This document shows, piece by piece, positions 12,076-26,569 of a DNA stretch of 64,000 bases (position 1 is its first letter; the number at the start of each line of letters is the position of its first letter). The translations under genes and the position numbers were made by a program. Under the pieces are notes generated by a model, which saw nothing but the letters and a program-made list of their open reading frames with translations, had not been told where the DNA came from and did not search any database. The DNA is from Chiloscyllium plagiosum (Eukaryota): NCBI RefSeq assembly GCF_004010195.1, contig NC_057752.1, forward strand, positions 6,566,811-6,630,810. Reading direction: 5' to 3'.

Positions 12076-13714
12076 CTGAAAAAAAGTGTACTTAATCCAC
12101 TTAAGTCTGCATCTTAGTATTAAACTTTTCCGTGGATTTCCCAATACAGCAATTTTGTATGTTTAAGCTGCCAATCATCTCCCCACCATCTTATTTTGGA
12201 TCTGGTTCATGTGACATGCTACTTGTGGGGAATCACAGGCATGGTAAAGTGCTATCGTAACCTCACCAGAAAAAAAAAAGGGACTGCTCTCAATTAATGA
12301 TTTAAAGGGGCTGCTTCTTGTCCACCATCCAACAGCCAGTTTCAGAGCAGGTCTGGTAAAGACACAAAACAACCACTTACAGCCTAATTTGGTGCATTAG
12401 TTTTGCTTGGGTTAGTTCACAAACAGCAGTCAAATGTGTTTTACAGAGAAATTGAGTCAATCCTTCCAGTCATAAAACATTTAACTTTGCCTAGTCACCA
12501 GCCAATTGCTTTATTGCACTTTATAAAATATTAATAACTCTAGTCATTTCTACAGCCAAATGAAAGATCAAAAGTACGGTTATTTTTTTCCAGATCAGAA
12601 ACAGTGTAGAATGCATCTTCTCTGAAGAGAGTCTTAGAATCAGTGCCAAGTATCGGAAATTGGTTTGGTTTTCATTCAACTTCTCCATCTCACGGAAGTT
12701 ACTGGCTAATACCACAGGAGGCAGAAAGCTCTCCAACACTTCACTCAGCTAACCATTTTTCACAAGGGCCGACATTTAGCGACAGTAAATCAAACAACCC
12801 AGGAAGCATTCATCCAAGCCTCATCCCTGAATCTCCTTGTAAGTGGGAGCACTGGATAAAGTTCAAAATGTGAATAAGGCCTTAATTTCTCCCTCTTTCC
12901 TAACCCAAGAAGCAATGAGGCCTATTAATTGAGGCCAGACCAGAAAAGCTTTCTACTCCATTGCACCCACTGAGCAATCAGGAGACAGTCCATTACATTC
13001 CAATCATTCTCACTATTACTGTGACCCTTTGCTTCTGTTTTCACATGGAAGTATGTACCGTTCCTTTCCGTGCCAGGGAGTGCAATGTTTGGCCATTGGC
13101 GAGGGGTAGGGTGAGGGAACCACGTGGAGAGAGAATCAAATTCATCAGACTACATGTGCAAAAACTTTAGACAGCCAGAAATATAGCCTGTGTTGCAGTA
13201 AAAAGTATCTGAGTGGGGACCTATTTTGCAGTCTTTGAGTGTAGATACAGAGGAAAACTGTTGCAGAATTAGATTGTCTCAGAATCTCCACAACATGGAG
13301 ACACTGGCCCTTTGGAAACACTATTCCTATCCTCTGTTAATCATTAACATGGTGAACTCAGTAAAACATTCACAGAAAACAACTGCCTTATAAAACCATT
13401 CTCGTCTTCAGTTCGGGACTAGCAAGAATTCTCAACTCTTTCAAAAAGACTCAAGGGCACATTTTTGATGCCCAAGAGTTCATTGTTCAAACAATGAGGA
13501 AGATGGTCATGAAATCAAATACCATTAAACATTGCACAGTATTGCACATAGGAAATCAAGACCCATTGTAATTTTCAATTGAGGCGGAGTTCAAGGATAA
13601 TTGACCGTACCATCGTTATCTATTTCAGTCACGATTTTAAAATCATAATTTGTCCTTTGGTTTTTACATTATAAAGCAGCACACTAATTTTGAAGGGCAG
13701 GCACGGGTAAACCT

Positions 13715-14016
13715 CAGGCAAATGTTCTGGAGCATGGGATCAAATCCTGCCATGGCAGATGGTGGAATTTGAATTCAATAAAAAGCTGGAATAAAAAGCT
13801 GGCCTAATGGCAACTGTGTAACCATTGTCAGTTCTCATAAACAAACATCTGGTTCACTAATAGCCTTTAGGAAGGGAAACTGCCGTCCTGACCTGGTCTG
13901 GCCAATATCGGACTCCAGATCCACAGCAATATGGTTCACTCTGGGGCAGTTAGGGATAGGCAATAAATGCTAACCTAACCCGAGACACCCACATCTTATG
14001 AGCAGTTTAAAAAAAA
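13715..14016 (+). mobile_element. tRNA-derived SINE with a CR1-type 3' tail (second family)
   Basis: B-box GGATCAAATCC, core CATCTGGTTCACTAAT..GGAAG..CTGCCGTCCT.ACCTGGTCTGGCC, tail GGCAATAAATGC and an A-run. Further copies at ~23778-24170, 32010-32400(-), 38020-38352, 40540-40790(-), 52410-52795 and 56180-56530(-). Confidence 0.75.
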
Positions 14017-15872
14017 AATCATTTCTATAAATGGAATAAACTCTCCATGTAAACATGTCACAAAGTAAATTACCCCCAGTGGTGATGCAGCACTTTCAGT
14101 CGGGGTATAAATCAAGCTTGATAAGTTTTACATTAGGCAGTTTCCATTTCATTGTGAATATAACAATTTACAGTAACAAAAGTTGACAAAGCACAGGAAG
14201 GTGTGAGTTTTAAAATAGACATTCTAAAATCATGTTCGAAATAGAAAGTCTAAAAGCCTTCTCCCTATCCCCACCCTGCCTCAAAGAACCAACTGGTTGC
14301 TAAACCATGATTTTGTGGTCACCATCTAGTGATCAAGTGACCATTTTGTTGAGAGAGCCAAGACAGTGGGTGCGAGGAGGTGATTTCACTAAAGGGGAAA
14401 GGCACCACAGCCATAATCAATACAACCCCTTACTTCATTGTCACCAAATGAAGATGGAATGCAATCAAGAGCAGGACCCCCAATTTTTCTTCCCTTGCCC
14501 TTTTGGCACTGAAGCTTATTGTAGAAACAAATAACTCAGCATAGTTCAGACCAATTTCATAGTGTTTCCAACCCCTGCCTAGTCTAAACTTCTAATGCTA
14601 GATTAACACTGTGAATCCAGAATCTTCACCCAAGTGTTAAATATTTCCAAATCTGTTTAGCAACTCTCTGGGTACTGAATGTACTCAAATGAGTGCCAAC
14701 ATACAGGCCAGTTGAATTCAGATACATTGCTTTGGTGAGAGAACAGCCTTTCATTTAAGTAAAATGACAGGAGCAATACAGTAGGCCCATTCTACACAAA
14801 ATGGCAGAGCAGGGTCCACTTAAACACCTCAACCAAAGTACACATTCTACAATTCCACAAGCAAATAAACCACATTGTAGGAGAACAGCCCAGTGGCACA
14901 GGCTGAGTAAGATGAGAACCATCTTCAGGCACCAAGCAAATCCCAAAAAAAGAAAAAAAACACACATATTACATTCCATTTATGTCCGCCTTTCACCAAC
15001 AAAATAAGCATGCAATCTTTCCTCCTACCATCATAATCCTTACAGGAATATGGCACAAAAAACATTGGAATCCCTTTCATGTACACTTCAAGTGGTCATT
15101 CTTCAAGGACAAGCTTAGATTGTGAGTGTGTTGGTGGGTTATATGGCATAACAGCAAACCTCTTGTGGCTGCAAAGTGACCAATGTTGAGTCCTGAATAT
15201 TCAAGAGTAGTTGACATTTCAGAAGGGCTGGAAGGCAGGGAAGGATTGTTGGGTTGCTCTATTGATTAAAGATGACATTAGTACAATAGTGAGAGATGAC
15301 CTTAGTTCTAAAGATGAAGATATGGAATCAGTTTGGGTAGAGATAGAAGGTAGCAAAGGAATAAAGCTACTTATGGAAGTAGTTTATAGGCCTCCAAAGA
15401 GCAACAATTGGGTTGGATTTTGTCAGATGGGTACAGGAAGAAATAATGGGGACCTCCAAAAAAGCACTGCAATTATCATGAGTGATTTTGACCTACATGT
15501 AGATTGAATGAATCAGATTATAAAGGTAGCCTGGAAGATGGGTTCAGGGAGTGTTTTCAAGATAATTTCTCAGAGCAGCATGTTCCTGAACTAACCAGAG
15601 AGCTGGCCATTCTCAACCTGGGAATGTGCAATGGGGCTGGTAGCAGTGCTCATTAAATGATTTAATTTTCATTCAATTTGAGGAAAAGAAGAATTTCATG
15701 GTAAGACATGTTTAAAACTTAACTAAAAAGACAATTTAAAAAGATACCAATACATAGCGGCCTCAAGTGAATGAGAGAAATAGGTTAAGGTGTAGGTTCA
15801 CAAAAATGCAGCAGCAGATGCTGAAGGAGATATTCCGTAGTGTTCAGCAAATTCCAGGCAGAAAGCTCAACT

Positions 15873-16988
15873 CAGGGAGTGGGGTCAAACTGTGGCTCAT
15901 GCGCCACACACAGCCCAACTTCTGGTTTACTGGGAGATGAATTTACAGCTCATTCATACAGACGGAGTCTCAAATTCAGGGAGATAGAAGTGGAAGATTT
16001 TACAAGGAATGCCTCCTCCATTGAAAGGCATTTTTTCTGTCCTGTGAACTGCTGCAGACATACTGGGGAGCCTGTCAGGAGCAAATGCAGAAGAGAACTA
16101 GCCCTTTCAGGGAGACACTGGCTAGAGAGGTAGGGGGAAGGAGATGATAATTGCACAATGAGGGTTGGATGGTGGACGGGGACTGTGAGTCAGACGGTAA
16201 CCATGAGGTGGGTGGGGGAGGGGCCAGTTCACACCCGCTACTTATTCTTTTGTTTCATTTGAAAAGTAAATCACCTTTTACCCAATTACATTGAAGTGTC
16301 TCCAGAAAGGCAAATCTTAGCCCCTCTCATTTCAACATGAAATGATGGTGGTTGGGGTAACAGTACTGGTGGAAATATTTGTCATGTAGATGCCCATGGA
16401 TTATTTCCCACAGGTTCAAGGGGGCAGGGTAAGACAGACAGACTGAGACAGGGGTGAGGGGTATAAAGAAGGGGGAGGGGATAGAGAGGGGTAAGAAAAA
16501 ACAAGAGGGAAAGGGCTCAGAGTGGCCCGGGGGAAAGCAGGCTGTAAGAGGAGGAACCCCCAGGCTGAAAGTCAACTCACCTCTCACCCCAATGTTCATG
16601 TGAATTCCACCAAGGCCAGCTCAGAGTGTGACCCACTAGAAGAGACTCCAGGTCAGCATTAGTTAAACCAAACTCCTTAGCTCAGCTCCAGTAACTAACC
16701 TCTTCCCTGGGGATCATGAAATTATTCTTTTTCCTCTCTCAAGCTAGGCTGCTTCATCAAAAACTGCGCTTGTTATGAAGCATTGCTATTTGGCACTTTT
16801 TGATCATCCCTTCTATAAATTACTCATTTAAATGATCAATTTATTGCTTTTGAACTTTTTTTAAATGAGGTACCTATTTACTGTTGTGGCAGTCTTTATT
16901 TTTCGGAAATTTGCTCACTAGCCATCCACTGAGAAGGAGAACATTTGAAATGTGCACTCCAGCCACGAGTAAAGGTTGGTCGCCCCTG
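15873..16988. mobile_element. Putative non-autonomous hAT (Charlie-like) DNA transposon
   Basis: The left end CAGGGAGTGGGGTCAAACTGTGGCTC..GCCACA and the right end AAAGGTTGGTCGCCCCTG resemble CAGGGG..CAA type TIRs. CR1 sequence resumes on both sides. No clean 8-bp TSD. Confidence 0.5.
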
Positions 16989-17778
16989 CCCTAGGAGATC
17001 AATGTGCCATTGGTGGCCAACTAAAGAAGTTATAGCTATTTGGAAAAAAAAAGCAATTCTGTGAGGATTATTGGTGTGTCAGAAGATTGGGTAAAATTTT
17101 AAAAACCCAGCAAAGAGTTACTATAAATTAAAGGAGGAGAAATTAGCATTCAGAGAAAGCTAGCTAGAAATACAAAAACAGATAATAAGAGTTTTGATCT
17201 TTTTTTTTAAAAAAAGAGTAGCTCAAGTGAGTGTGGGTCCTTAGGAAAGCGAATCTGGAGAATTAATATTAGGAAATAAGAAAATGGTGGAAGCATTGAT
17301 TGAAGATTTTTATCTGTCCTTGCTATAGGAGACACAGTATTAACCTATAAACACTAAACGTGATGGACTTATCCCAGATTGGTAAAAGTCCTATATTAGA
17401 TGTATTGTTTTCACTTTTCCCACAAATTTTTGATTCTGAAAAGATCCATTCAGACTGAAAAATAATAACTCCTTTATTCATGGAAAGAAGGAGACAGAAA
17501 GAAAGGCTAGAATCTCTGAAGGGCCTGAACAATTTGGGCTATGGCAAGGTTTGGAGCAGAATTGTGCAATGACTTAGATGAAGAAACCAGATGTGTAATT
17601 ATTAAATTTACTGATGGCACAAAGATAGGTAGGAAATTAAGTTGAGATGTAGACATAAAGAGGCAACAAAAGGATTTTGATAGGTTAAGGACAGCATGGT
17701 GGCTCTGGTGTTAGCGCTGCTGCCTCACAGCACAAGGGGTTCAGGTTTGACTTCAGCCTTTGGTGACTGTATGGATTT

Positions 17779-18440
17779 TGTTAATCCACATGCTGCAGAA
17801 TCCAGACAGGCTGCAGCTGCACACAGATGGTTTGCAAACAAATTTAACACCTCCAGCCCCTGCAATACACACCTGAAGTTGGGCTTGAATGGGACAATGG
17901 AATGTCGCCCTTGGGACAATCGGGAGCAGCGAGTCATTCACTAGACACAAAGGCACCTAGCACCCTTATTTGGAGAAGGTTATGTGCACCCAGCACCTAC
18001 CATAGGACCTAAGGGCCACCCCTGCCATCAATGTGTCAATGCCTTGTTAGCTTTGATTGATCAGAGTAATCAAACCTGATCAATCCATTGGCAGATCCTC
18101 AAGAAGGGCACAAAGACCCGGAAGGATAAGAATCACTGCAAAATCCTGCTCAGCGCGGTAACACGAGAATAGCCATCAAAAGAGAAGACACCTACAAGAC
18201 CATCGGAAGAAGACGACATTACAACGTGGAGTCTGGCCAAGTTCTAGTGTGGTGGTATACGATCGTACATAGTTAAGTTAAAGCAGAAGATAGTTTGTAG
18301 TGTTTATCGTTAGTTTATAGTATATTTTATTGTTCTATTATTAATTGTATTCAATAAACGATTATTATTGTTTATAAGAGTCGACTCACAGTTCTTTGCT
18401 CAGAGTAAGAGTTTAAACACACTGCGTGGCAGGTACAACA
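17779..18440 (+). mobile_element. Solo LTR (~660 bp)
   Basis: TGTT...AACA termini, with AATAAA ~85 bp before the 3' end. It truncates an HE1-like SINE head (17690-17778) inside the CR1. No TSD visible. Confidence 0.65.
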
Positions 18441-19025
18441 GTCAATATGCAGGTACAGCATTGATTAGGAAGACAAATGGGATGTTGTCATTTAATGCAA
18501 GGAGAATAGAATATAAGAATATAATAGTCGGGAAGTTTTGCTCCAATTGTTCAAGGTGTTGGTGGGACTATTTTAACAGTACTGTGACCAGTTGTGGTCA
18601 CCTTACTTCGAAAGGATATAATAGCATTAGAAGCAGTGCAGAGAAAGGTCACTTGCCCAATTCCTGGTATGAAGGGGTTCTGTTAGGAGGAAAGAGATTA
18701 GATAGGCTGGGAGCAGTATCCAATGGAGCCTAGGAGAACGAGAAGTGACTTGATTGAAATATTCATGATCTTGAGGGGTCTTGACAGGGTGCATGTGGAG
18801 AAGATGCTTCCTCTTGTGGGAGAATCTAGAACCAGGGCTCACTGTTTAATAAAATGGTCACTCATTTCAGAAAGATGAGGCAATTTTTTTTCCTCGGAGG
18901 GTTAAGTACCTTTGGAATTGTCTTTCTCAAAAGGTGGTGGAATCAGACACTAGATATTTTTAAGGCCAAAGTGGATGGATTCTTGTTAAGCAAGATGAAG
19001 AAAGGTTATCCAGGACTAGGCAGAA

Positions 19026-19335
19026 ATAGAGTCATAGAGATGTACAGCATGGAAACAGACCCTTCATTTCAACCCGTCCATGCCGACCAGATATCCTAAC
19101 CCAATCTAGTCCCACCTGCCAGCACCTGGCCCATATTCCTCCAAACCCTTCCTATTCATATACCCATCCAAATGCCTCTTAAATGTTGCAATTGTACCAG
19201 TCTCCACCACATCCTCTGGCAGCTCATTCCATACACGTACCACCCTCTGCATGAAAAAGTTGCCCCTTAGGTCTCTTTTATATCTTTCCCCTCTCACCCT
19301 AAACCTATGCCCTCTAGTTCTGGACTCCCCGACCC
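19026..19335 (-). mobile_element. HER1 LINE 3' fragment (young)
   Basis: ORF 19106..19297(-) reads GNFFMQRVVRVWNELPEDVVE. It is near-identical to the copy at 3196-3850. Confidence 0.92.
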
Positions 19336-22221
19336 AAATGTGGAGGAATCAAATCAGCAAAGATCATATTGAGTCGCAGAGTAGCTCAAGGGGCCAAGTG
19401 GTCTCCTTCTGTTGCTAATCCATGTGTTTGTCTGTTTAAACCTAAAAGGGGCTCCCATTTGAGAGAGAGAAGAGGAAAGTGTTTCTCTCTTGGAGGGTCA
19501 TTGATCTATAAACCATAGAGGCAGCGTGATTGACCATTTTGGAAAATTGAGTAAGATGGATTCTTGGTTGGTAGGAGAATCAAAGGGTATGGCAGCCAGA
19601 TGGGAAAGTGGAATTAAGACCACAGTCAGATTAGCCATGATATTGTTGAAAGCAGAGTAGGTTCGAGAGACCAAATAGCCTGCTCTTGCTCCTAATTCAT
19701 ATGTTCATGTGTATGTTCTATACCAGTGTGGCTACTATTCCAAATGAGGCCTAAGCGATAGGCTGGTCAGTGTAGTCCGGAGGGGGGGAATGATTGGCAG
19801 TTAAAAAGGAAACCTGATCTGTAAAATACATTGCTCTATTACTACCCTGCCTCCACCCCTCAACATTTTCATAGTTTCCCTTTGCAAAAAGATGCAGGAA
19901 GAGATTTCAAAGGGTTAAACTCTACAGCCCATCACAGATGGATGGTTCCCATTTTAAGTAAAGAGCTTCAAGCTTTCAGCTCTGCCTTTTCAGCAGTATT
20001 CCCCCTCTAAAGGTCAGATTCCGCAAGGCCTTCGAACTGCCACAGCTAACAGCAGAATAATTTGGTCCTTTATTCGAAAACAATAGTCTTCACACAGAGA
20101 AGCCAGCGGTGGCCCTTTGTGAATTGGCACATCATACAGACCAGGCTTTGTCAGGCTGTGAGGGCAAATACTTATCAGACTTCAACTTATCTTTTCTCCC
20201 TCTGAAGAGAAGAGCCAGAATCTCGGACCATTTGGAACTGCTGGCAAAGTTCGATAGGGTCAGCCACAGGCATTTTCTGAAGTCAACAATCAAACAATTC
20301 ACAGTGTTTGAGGTACTTTAACACAATTGGACTATCACACAGCAATTTTTAATGTAACTGGGTGTCTTTTCTGAGCTCTAGTTTGGTTGAAGCTAAAATT
20401 TTAAATGTGAATTGTCTATTTGTTTCAGCTGGAAATGTTTCACTTTCCACTGAAACAATATTCCTTCAGTCAAGTCACATTTCGCACATGTATAAAGGTT
20501 CACCAAATGCGCAAGAAGGGAAGTCATATTTAAAATGTTTTTTGTCGTTTGGTCAAATACTCTCACCCTCATTCCGCCATTTTGCCACAGTCCTCCAAAG
20601 TCTAGCCCTGGTTGTGGCAGCCATAGCTAAACATTAACTATGTTTCCAGTGAGATAATGCTACAGAATTCCCCCTTTCCAGAGACAAGGTGACAGTCCCA
20701 CATTCTATTCCCTTCTTGAGATGACCTGATCAAAACCAGAAAACAAAAACAACCAAGTTATTCAAGAAAACTCTGTTGATTTGGAGATTTGAACATCAGC
20801 CTCAGGAGTTCCGATACTAGAACTACCTGGTTGTAATAACATTCATGTAAATAATGTCATCAACAATAATTTATTTACACTTTCAAAGCAACCTACACAT
20901 GAGAGTACATCTGAGAAAACTCAAATCTCTGTGTTTTTCATTGCACTCTTTACATCCTTTGTCATTCATCGAAATGACCTTTTGAGGAAATTCACTTTGA
21001 CACCTTTAAAAGGACAAAGATAAAATTCACAGGCAAAGCTCTGGACAATTGATAGGGAGAGGGGGCAAAAAAAACATTGAGGTGGTGGGAGGTGTTGGTC
21101 AGGAAACCGAATATACTGTTAGGTGGGGGTGTCCAGAGTATTAACCTGACAACAGTGAAGGAATAATTTATGTCCAAATTAGGGAGATATATAGTTGGGT
21201 GCTCCTAGATTGTGTTTCTGGTGGAAGGGTTTGAGTGTTTAGGAGGTACTGCCAAAGAAGCCTTGCTGAGTTGCTGAATCCTGTGGTGAATCCTGCAGAT
21301 TAAAGCTACAAAGCAAGGAAGTGATTTGAAAACCCAAAAGATGTTTGATTTTTAACGCTATTTTTAAAGACAACATAGAACCACAACCCAGTGATATAAT
21401 GCTAAAACCATATAATCAACTACCTTCTATAGTTTTTACTTGATCTTATACATAAGTTCTTTAAAAAATTGTTTTCATTTATGAATTTACTGTATCCAAA
21501 TCTTGATCAAATTGTCTTAATCCATTAACATTTTTTTCACAGAAAACCTGTGAAACATTAGTCACTCTTTTTCCATAGTGTATTAAATAGTTGACAAATA
21601 ACTTACTGAAAGAATTTATTTGAGGTCCAACAATGTAGGCTATTGAAGCGAACTGACCTCATTAGCATCTCACTTACAAACACTACTAAAATATTCGGGG
21701 GTTTAAATTGGGACTATGGATGATTAACAAATGATTAATGGTGCGGACAGGAGAACAAAAGGCCGCAACTTCCTGTGCCCAAAGGCTGCACTATCGAGAG
21801 GGGAAAAACGTATTGAGGAACAAATATAATTCAAGCTGTCAATGTAAATGAGAATGACACTAAAACAAAGATAATCTGTAAAGAAATGTGTTCCGAAACA
21901 ATAAAACTATGTGGACATCAAATCATTACAATGCTTGACTATGGTAGTTAGGGATATCAATGCATGAAGGCTTCCTGCAGTCAAATTGCCAACATTTGCA
22001 CCAATGTGTGGACAGTTTTCTTCTGAAAGTCCATTGGGTTGAAACTACCCATTTTATGTAAAACTTTACAACTAGTTAATTACAGATCTTTATCACATCA
22101 GTCTGAAATGAATTCAAAGCTGGAAGTGAAAGGATATTATGTCAGCTCACTGGCTATTTATGTCTCAAAATCATTTCTCATTTCCTACTTAGAAAACATG
22201 TCCCATAGTGTTTAAAACACC

Positions 22222-22780
22222 ATAGTCATAGAGATGTACAGCATGGAAACAGAGCTTTCGGTCCAACTTGTCCATGCCGACCAGATATCTGAAATAAATC
22301 TAGTCCCATTTACCAGCATTTGGCCCATATATCCATCCAGATGCCTTTTAAATGTTGTAATTATACCAGCCTCCAATACATCCTCTGTCAGCTCATTCCA
22401 TACACGCACCACCTTCTGCGTGAAAAAGTTACCCCTTAGGTCCCTTCTATATCTCTCCCATCTCATCTTAAACTTATGCCCTCTAGCTTTGGACTCCCCT
22501 ATCCTATTTACCCTAACCATGCCCCTCATGATTTTATAAATCTTTATAAGGTCACCCCTCAGCCTCCGATGCTCCAGGGAAAAAAGCCCCAGCCTATTCA
22601 GCCTCTCCCTGTAGCTGAAATCCTCCAACCCTGGCAGCGTCGTTGTAAATATTTTCTGAACTCTTTCAATTTAAAAATCCTTCCAAAAGCAGGGAGACCA
22701 GAATTGATTGCAAACTTCCAGAAGTGACCTAATATGACATCCCAACTCATATACTCACTGCATGTCAACATCACAAATGT
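22222..22780 (-). mobile_element. HER1 LINE 3' fragment
   Basis: ORF 22212..22628(-) reads ERLNRLGLFSLEHRRLRGDLI...WNELTEDV. Confidence 0.9.
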
Positions 22781-25700
22781 AGACGTCTGCTTGTTGAAAA
22801 TGGAGCAGTTATTGTTGCCAAAATATTATATGGAATCTTTTTTCTGGTGCAAGTTTAAATATATACACAATCATTAATCCTTCACGTGGACTGCTTTATG
22901 TGACAGTTGCATGGAGTTTCCTGGGCAGCATTCTCTGGGACAAATAACAGTTCAATTGCTAAAATAAAAAAGACTGAAAGAAAAATGGGAGAAAACCAAC
23001 CCATTACTCAAATTAAAAATGACAAATGAGAATCGACACGAGATGAGTAGAATTTCCTGGAGCTAAAACTTTCACAAATTTGTGGTGTCACCTGAACCCT
23101 TTGATTAGATTACAGGTTTGGAGCCATACCAAGGTACTTGCTGTACTATACAAAGGACCTGAACATCCCACCCCTCAATTAATTACAGCCTGTAGCTCTC
23201 TCCCAGGTAACCACCTCACTCTCTATAATTACCACAGCCCACCTACTTCAGATTGTTGGCACTTCCTTCGAGTTGATCTGATCAAAGACATTGTTTTGGA
23301 AGATTTATCAGATCCCAACTTAGTTTTGCTGTCAACAACCATTCCAGGAAATTTGGATTCAAAGCTGCAAAGTAATCATCTGAAAATAAAAATTTGCCTG
23401 AAGAACGGATTTGAATTAGAATTACAAGAATGGTATTTAGGACAGCCTATATCAATGAGGGGTAACATTGAGGTTAAACTCTAAACTCTGCCTCTTACGT
23501 ACATCGGCAGGTAGCACATTCCAAAATCATGACTACCATCCATTCAAATTAAAGAATGTGTATTTGCTACCTGAGAATGGGTAATATCCTGATATTCACT
23601 CCTGAGAGTGGTATTATTACCTTTTACATCAATGATTATCACTACACAAGTCATAAGGATGTGCTTGTGGTGCAGTGATAGTGTCCCTACCTTTGGGCTA
23701 GGGATGGGGATGTTTGAGGTTCAAATCCCACCTGCTCCAGAGAGGTGTAATAAGATCGCTAAAAAACATCTACAGGGTGTGGTAGCATAGTTGTTATACT
23801 ACTGATCTAGTAATTCAGAAACAGGAATTCAAATCCTGCCGTGGCAGCTATGAAATTTAAATTCACTCAATTAAATAAAACAGAAATAAAAAAGCAAGCA
23901 TTGGTATTTGGTGACCAGGAAGTTGTTGGATCAGTGTAAAAACTCACTGGTTCATTAAGACCCTTTCGGAAAGGAAATCTGCCATCTTTACCTGGTCTGG
24001 CCTATATTTGAGTCTGGACGTACAGCAATGAGGTTGACCTTCAACTGCTCTCTGAAATGGCTGAGTATGCCATTCATTTGAATCAAATCTGCTATAATGG
24101 AAATTAAGCCGGGAGAATAAATACTAAACTTGCTCAGGATATACACATTCCTTTAATTAATAAAAGAATAAATCCTCCATTTGTAAGCTTGGTAAAGCAT
24201 CTTCCAAAACATTGTCACCAATTGACAATGGAACATTTTCCAATTTCCAATGCAGTCTCTGACACTAAAACTACCTGGATACAGTCCTTATCTCTTCAAG
24301 AGAATCAGAGATATCTTGTGCCAACTCTGGACATTGCAAATAAATTTTTGGGACTGCACTACTCTGCAGCCTTCTGAAGCAGAGGTGGTGGGAAATTTAT
24401 CTCGAATATTGGGAGCTGGGAACCAAAAAGGTGAGCTAGGATCAAGCCAACGTGTTTTGATGAGTTGACTATTCACCCAGTGAAAAAGAAAAATGACAGT
24501 TACTCATAGTTTAACATGCAGTCCATTGGTCCTGATATATGACCTTGATGCACAGTGTTTGTTAGCTGACTTCAGTGTACTAGACTGTAAATGGTCTTTG
24601 AAACAGAACCAAGAAAGCTCCTGTGAAACAGGAACAAGTCTTATGAATATGAACGGGTTGCTACTATTGGGCTTAATGAAATGATCAATAAACACAGGCT
24701 TGATTCTAACGTGTTAACCTTTGATTCCTAATATCAAACAAGTGAAGCAAGTACTTATCTAACACAAAGGAAATAAAAGAACAAAGTCGTTGCACCAGGA
24801 ACTTTGGAATTAATTTTGATTGAAGCATTTATTCATTCTGGGAACAACTGCGCACCATGGCAAGATATAAAATCAAGTTTACAATCTTCAATTTCTCCTC
24901 TTGTGCTTCACTATTTCCTGACTACTTCAAGCCTCTCCCAAAGCCAATGTGTAATCAGATAGTGAAGATGTTAATTTCAACACACAGGCATAGGAATCAG
25001 GAGGAAGCCATTCTGCTCTGCTATTTGATAAGATAAACGATTGATCTGGTTGCATCCTCACCTTGCCCGTCCATCCCCTATATCCTTCGATTCCCTTGTA
25101 GTGAAGAATGTAACTCAGTCTTAAGATATTCAACAGCCCTGCCTCTACTGCTGGCTGGGGAACAGAGGAAGCATTTCTCTTCATATCAGTCTTAAATAGA
25201 AGACCTCTTACTTTTAAACTGTGAGTGTACAAAGACTGTGGCGCCAAAATTCCACCTCAACTCCATTTACAAGTTTGCTGATGACACCACCATTGTAAAG
25301 GTGTTCAGTGACTGCCTCTCATGGAAATAAAATTGCAAAATCTAAAACTTATAGTCTATCAAGCCAGTTTCTCTCTGGAATCTGGCTTATTCAGTTTTAC
25401 CATCAGCTGGGATTGTAAAATATTTCTCATAAATATTCCCAAGTGTTGACAGTTTGTTAATATACAGGCATAAACTTAATTTTGAAAAGTAATTCACTGC
25501 TATGTACACAAATACTTCAGTCAATTTGTGCATGCTAATATCCATCTAATTAATCACATTTTGATTTATGTTGGTTGAAGGAAGAATGACCCAGGAGGAC
25601 ACATTGAACTGGCTGTGATTTTCTTTGTGTGAATGACATGATCGGGTCTTTAAGAGACACATAAGGCCACAATTTAATCTCTCAACCAGCGCAGTCCTCC

Positions 25701-25934
25701 CTGAACAGGGCACTGAAGTGTTAACTTAAATTGTGCACTCAAAGTTTGGAGTGGGGCTTGAACCCATAACTCCCTGACTGAGGAAAAGGTGCTGAAAACT
25801 AATGCTTTATCAGGTTGACCCATTTCACCAGCTTATGTATCTTCTTCCTTAAGTGAAGCGAATCTGAAAACATATCAAAGAAAATATGATCATTCAGTCT
25901 ATTCCTTACATAACCTCTGTTCAATGCTTTGTTT

Positions 25935-26260
25935 GAAATTTATTCCTGGGATGTGAGCACCTTTGGTAAGGCCAGCATTTATTGCCCATCCCAAAGGGAA
26001 GGTGGTAGGAGGCAACCTTCTTGAACTGCTGCAGTCCGTGTGCTGTGGGTCAACCCACAACGCCATTAGGGAGGGAATTCCAGGATTTTGACCCAGTGAT
26101 ACTGAAGGAATGGTGATATATTTCCAAGTCAGGATAGAGAGTGACTTGGAGGGGATCTTGCACAGGGTGGTGTGCTCATGTATCTGCTGCTCTTGTCCTT
26201 CTAGGTGGTAGAGGCCATAGGTTTGTGACTGGCTAATAAAGGACGCTTGACAACGTATCC
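25935..26260 (-). mobile_element. 3' end of a CR1/L2-type LINE sharing its tail with the second SINE family
   Basis: GCCAGCATTTATTGCCCATCC..GGGAATTCCAGGATTTTGACCCAG. A homologous copy lies at 49745-50320. Confidence 0.65.
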
Positions 26261-26569
26261 AAATCAACCATTGACTCTACTCCATTTAGATAATCTGAGA
26301 AAATCCGAAGCAAGCCTTCTTCCTGTTACTATCCTATTTCCAAGGGCAATCTCTACAATAACTAAACTTCTACCACCTCTTATTTAGCATTGTACAAGTC
26401 TTACAAATGAAATTCCCAATTTCTCACCAGCACAGAAATAGTTTTGCTCCTTGGAGCATTTAATGGTCTTCATCTACACCTCTGGAATTGCAATGGAATC
26501 CCAAATGTGATACATTTTCAGGATTTAATTTGCCATTCTGACATTAAAGAGGCACCGTCAAGATACATC

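Larger units (their letters stand above)
15150..19720 (+). mobile_element. Old CR1 LINE (APE through 3' end) broken up by nested insertions
   Basis: APE motifs VALLIKD, ESVWVEI, VVYRPP and DFDLH (15211..15507). Decayed RT near 17560-17690 (KFTDGTKIG). C-terminal region at 18441-19020. Confidence 0.75.

Noticed and set aside
24370..24430. Possible plus-strand exon (TGCAG|...AAG|GTGAGC)
   Set aside because: Weak pyrimidine tract, 61-nt length, no recognisable peptide and no partner exons.
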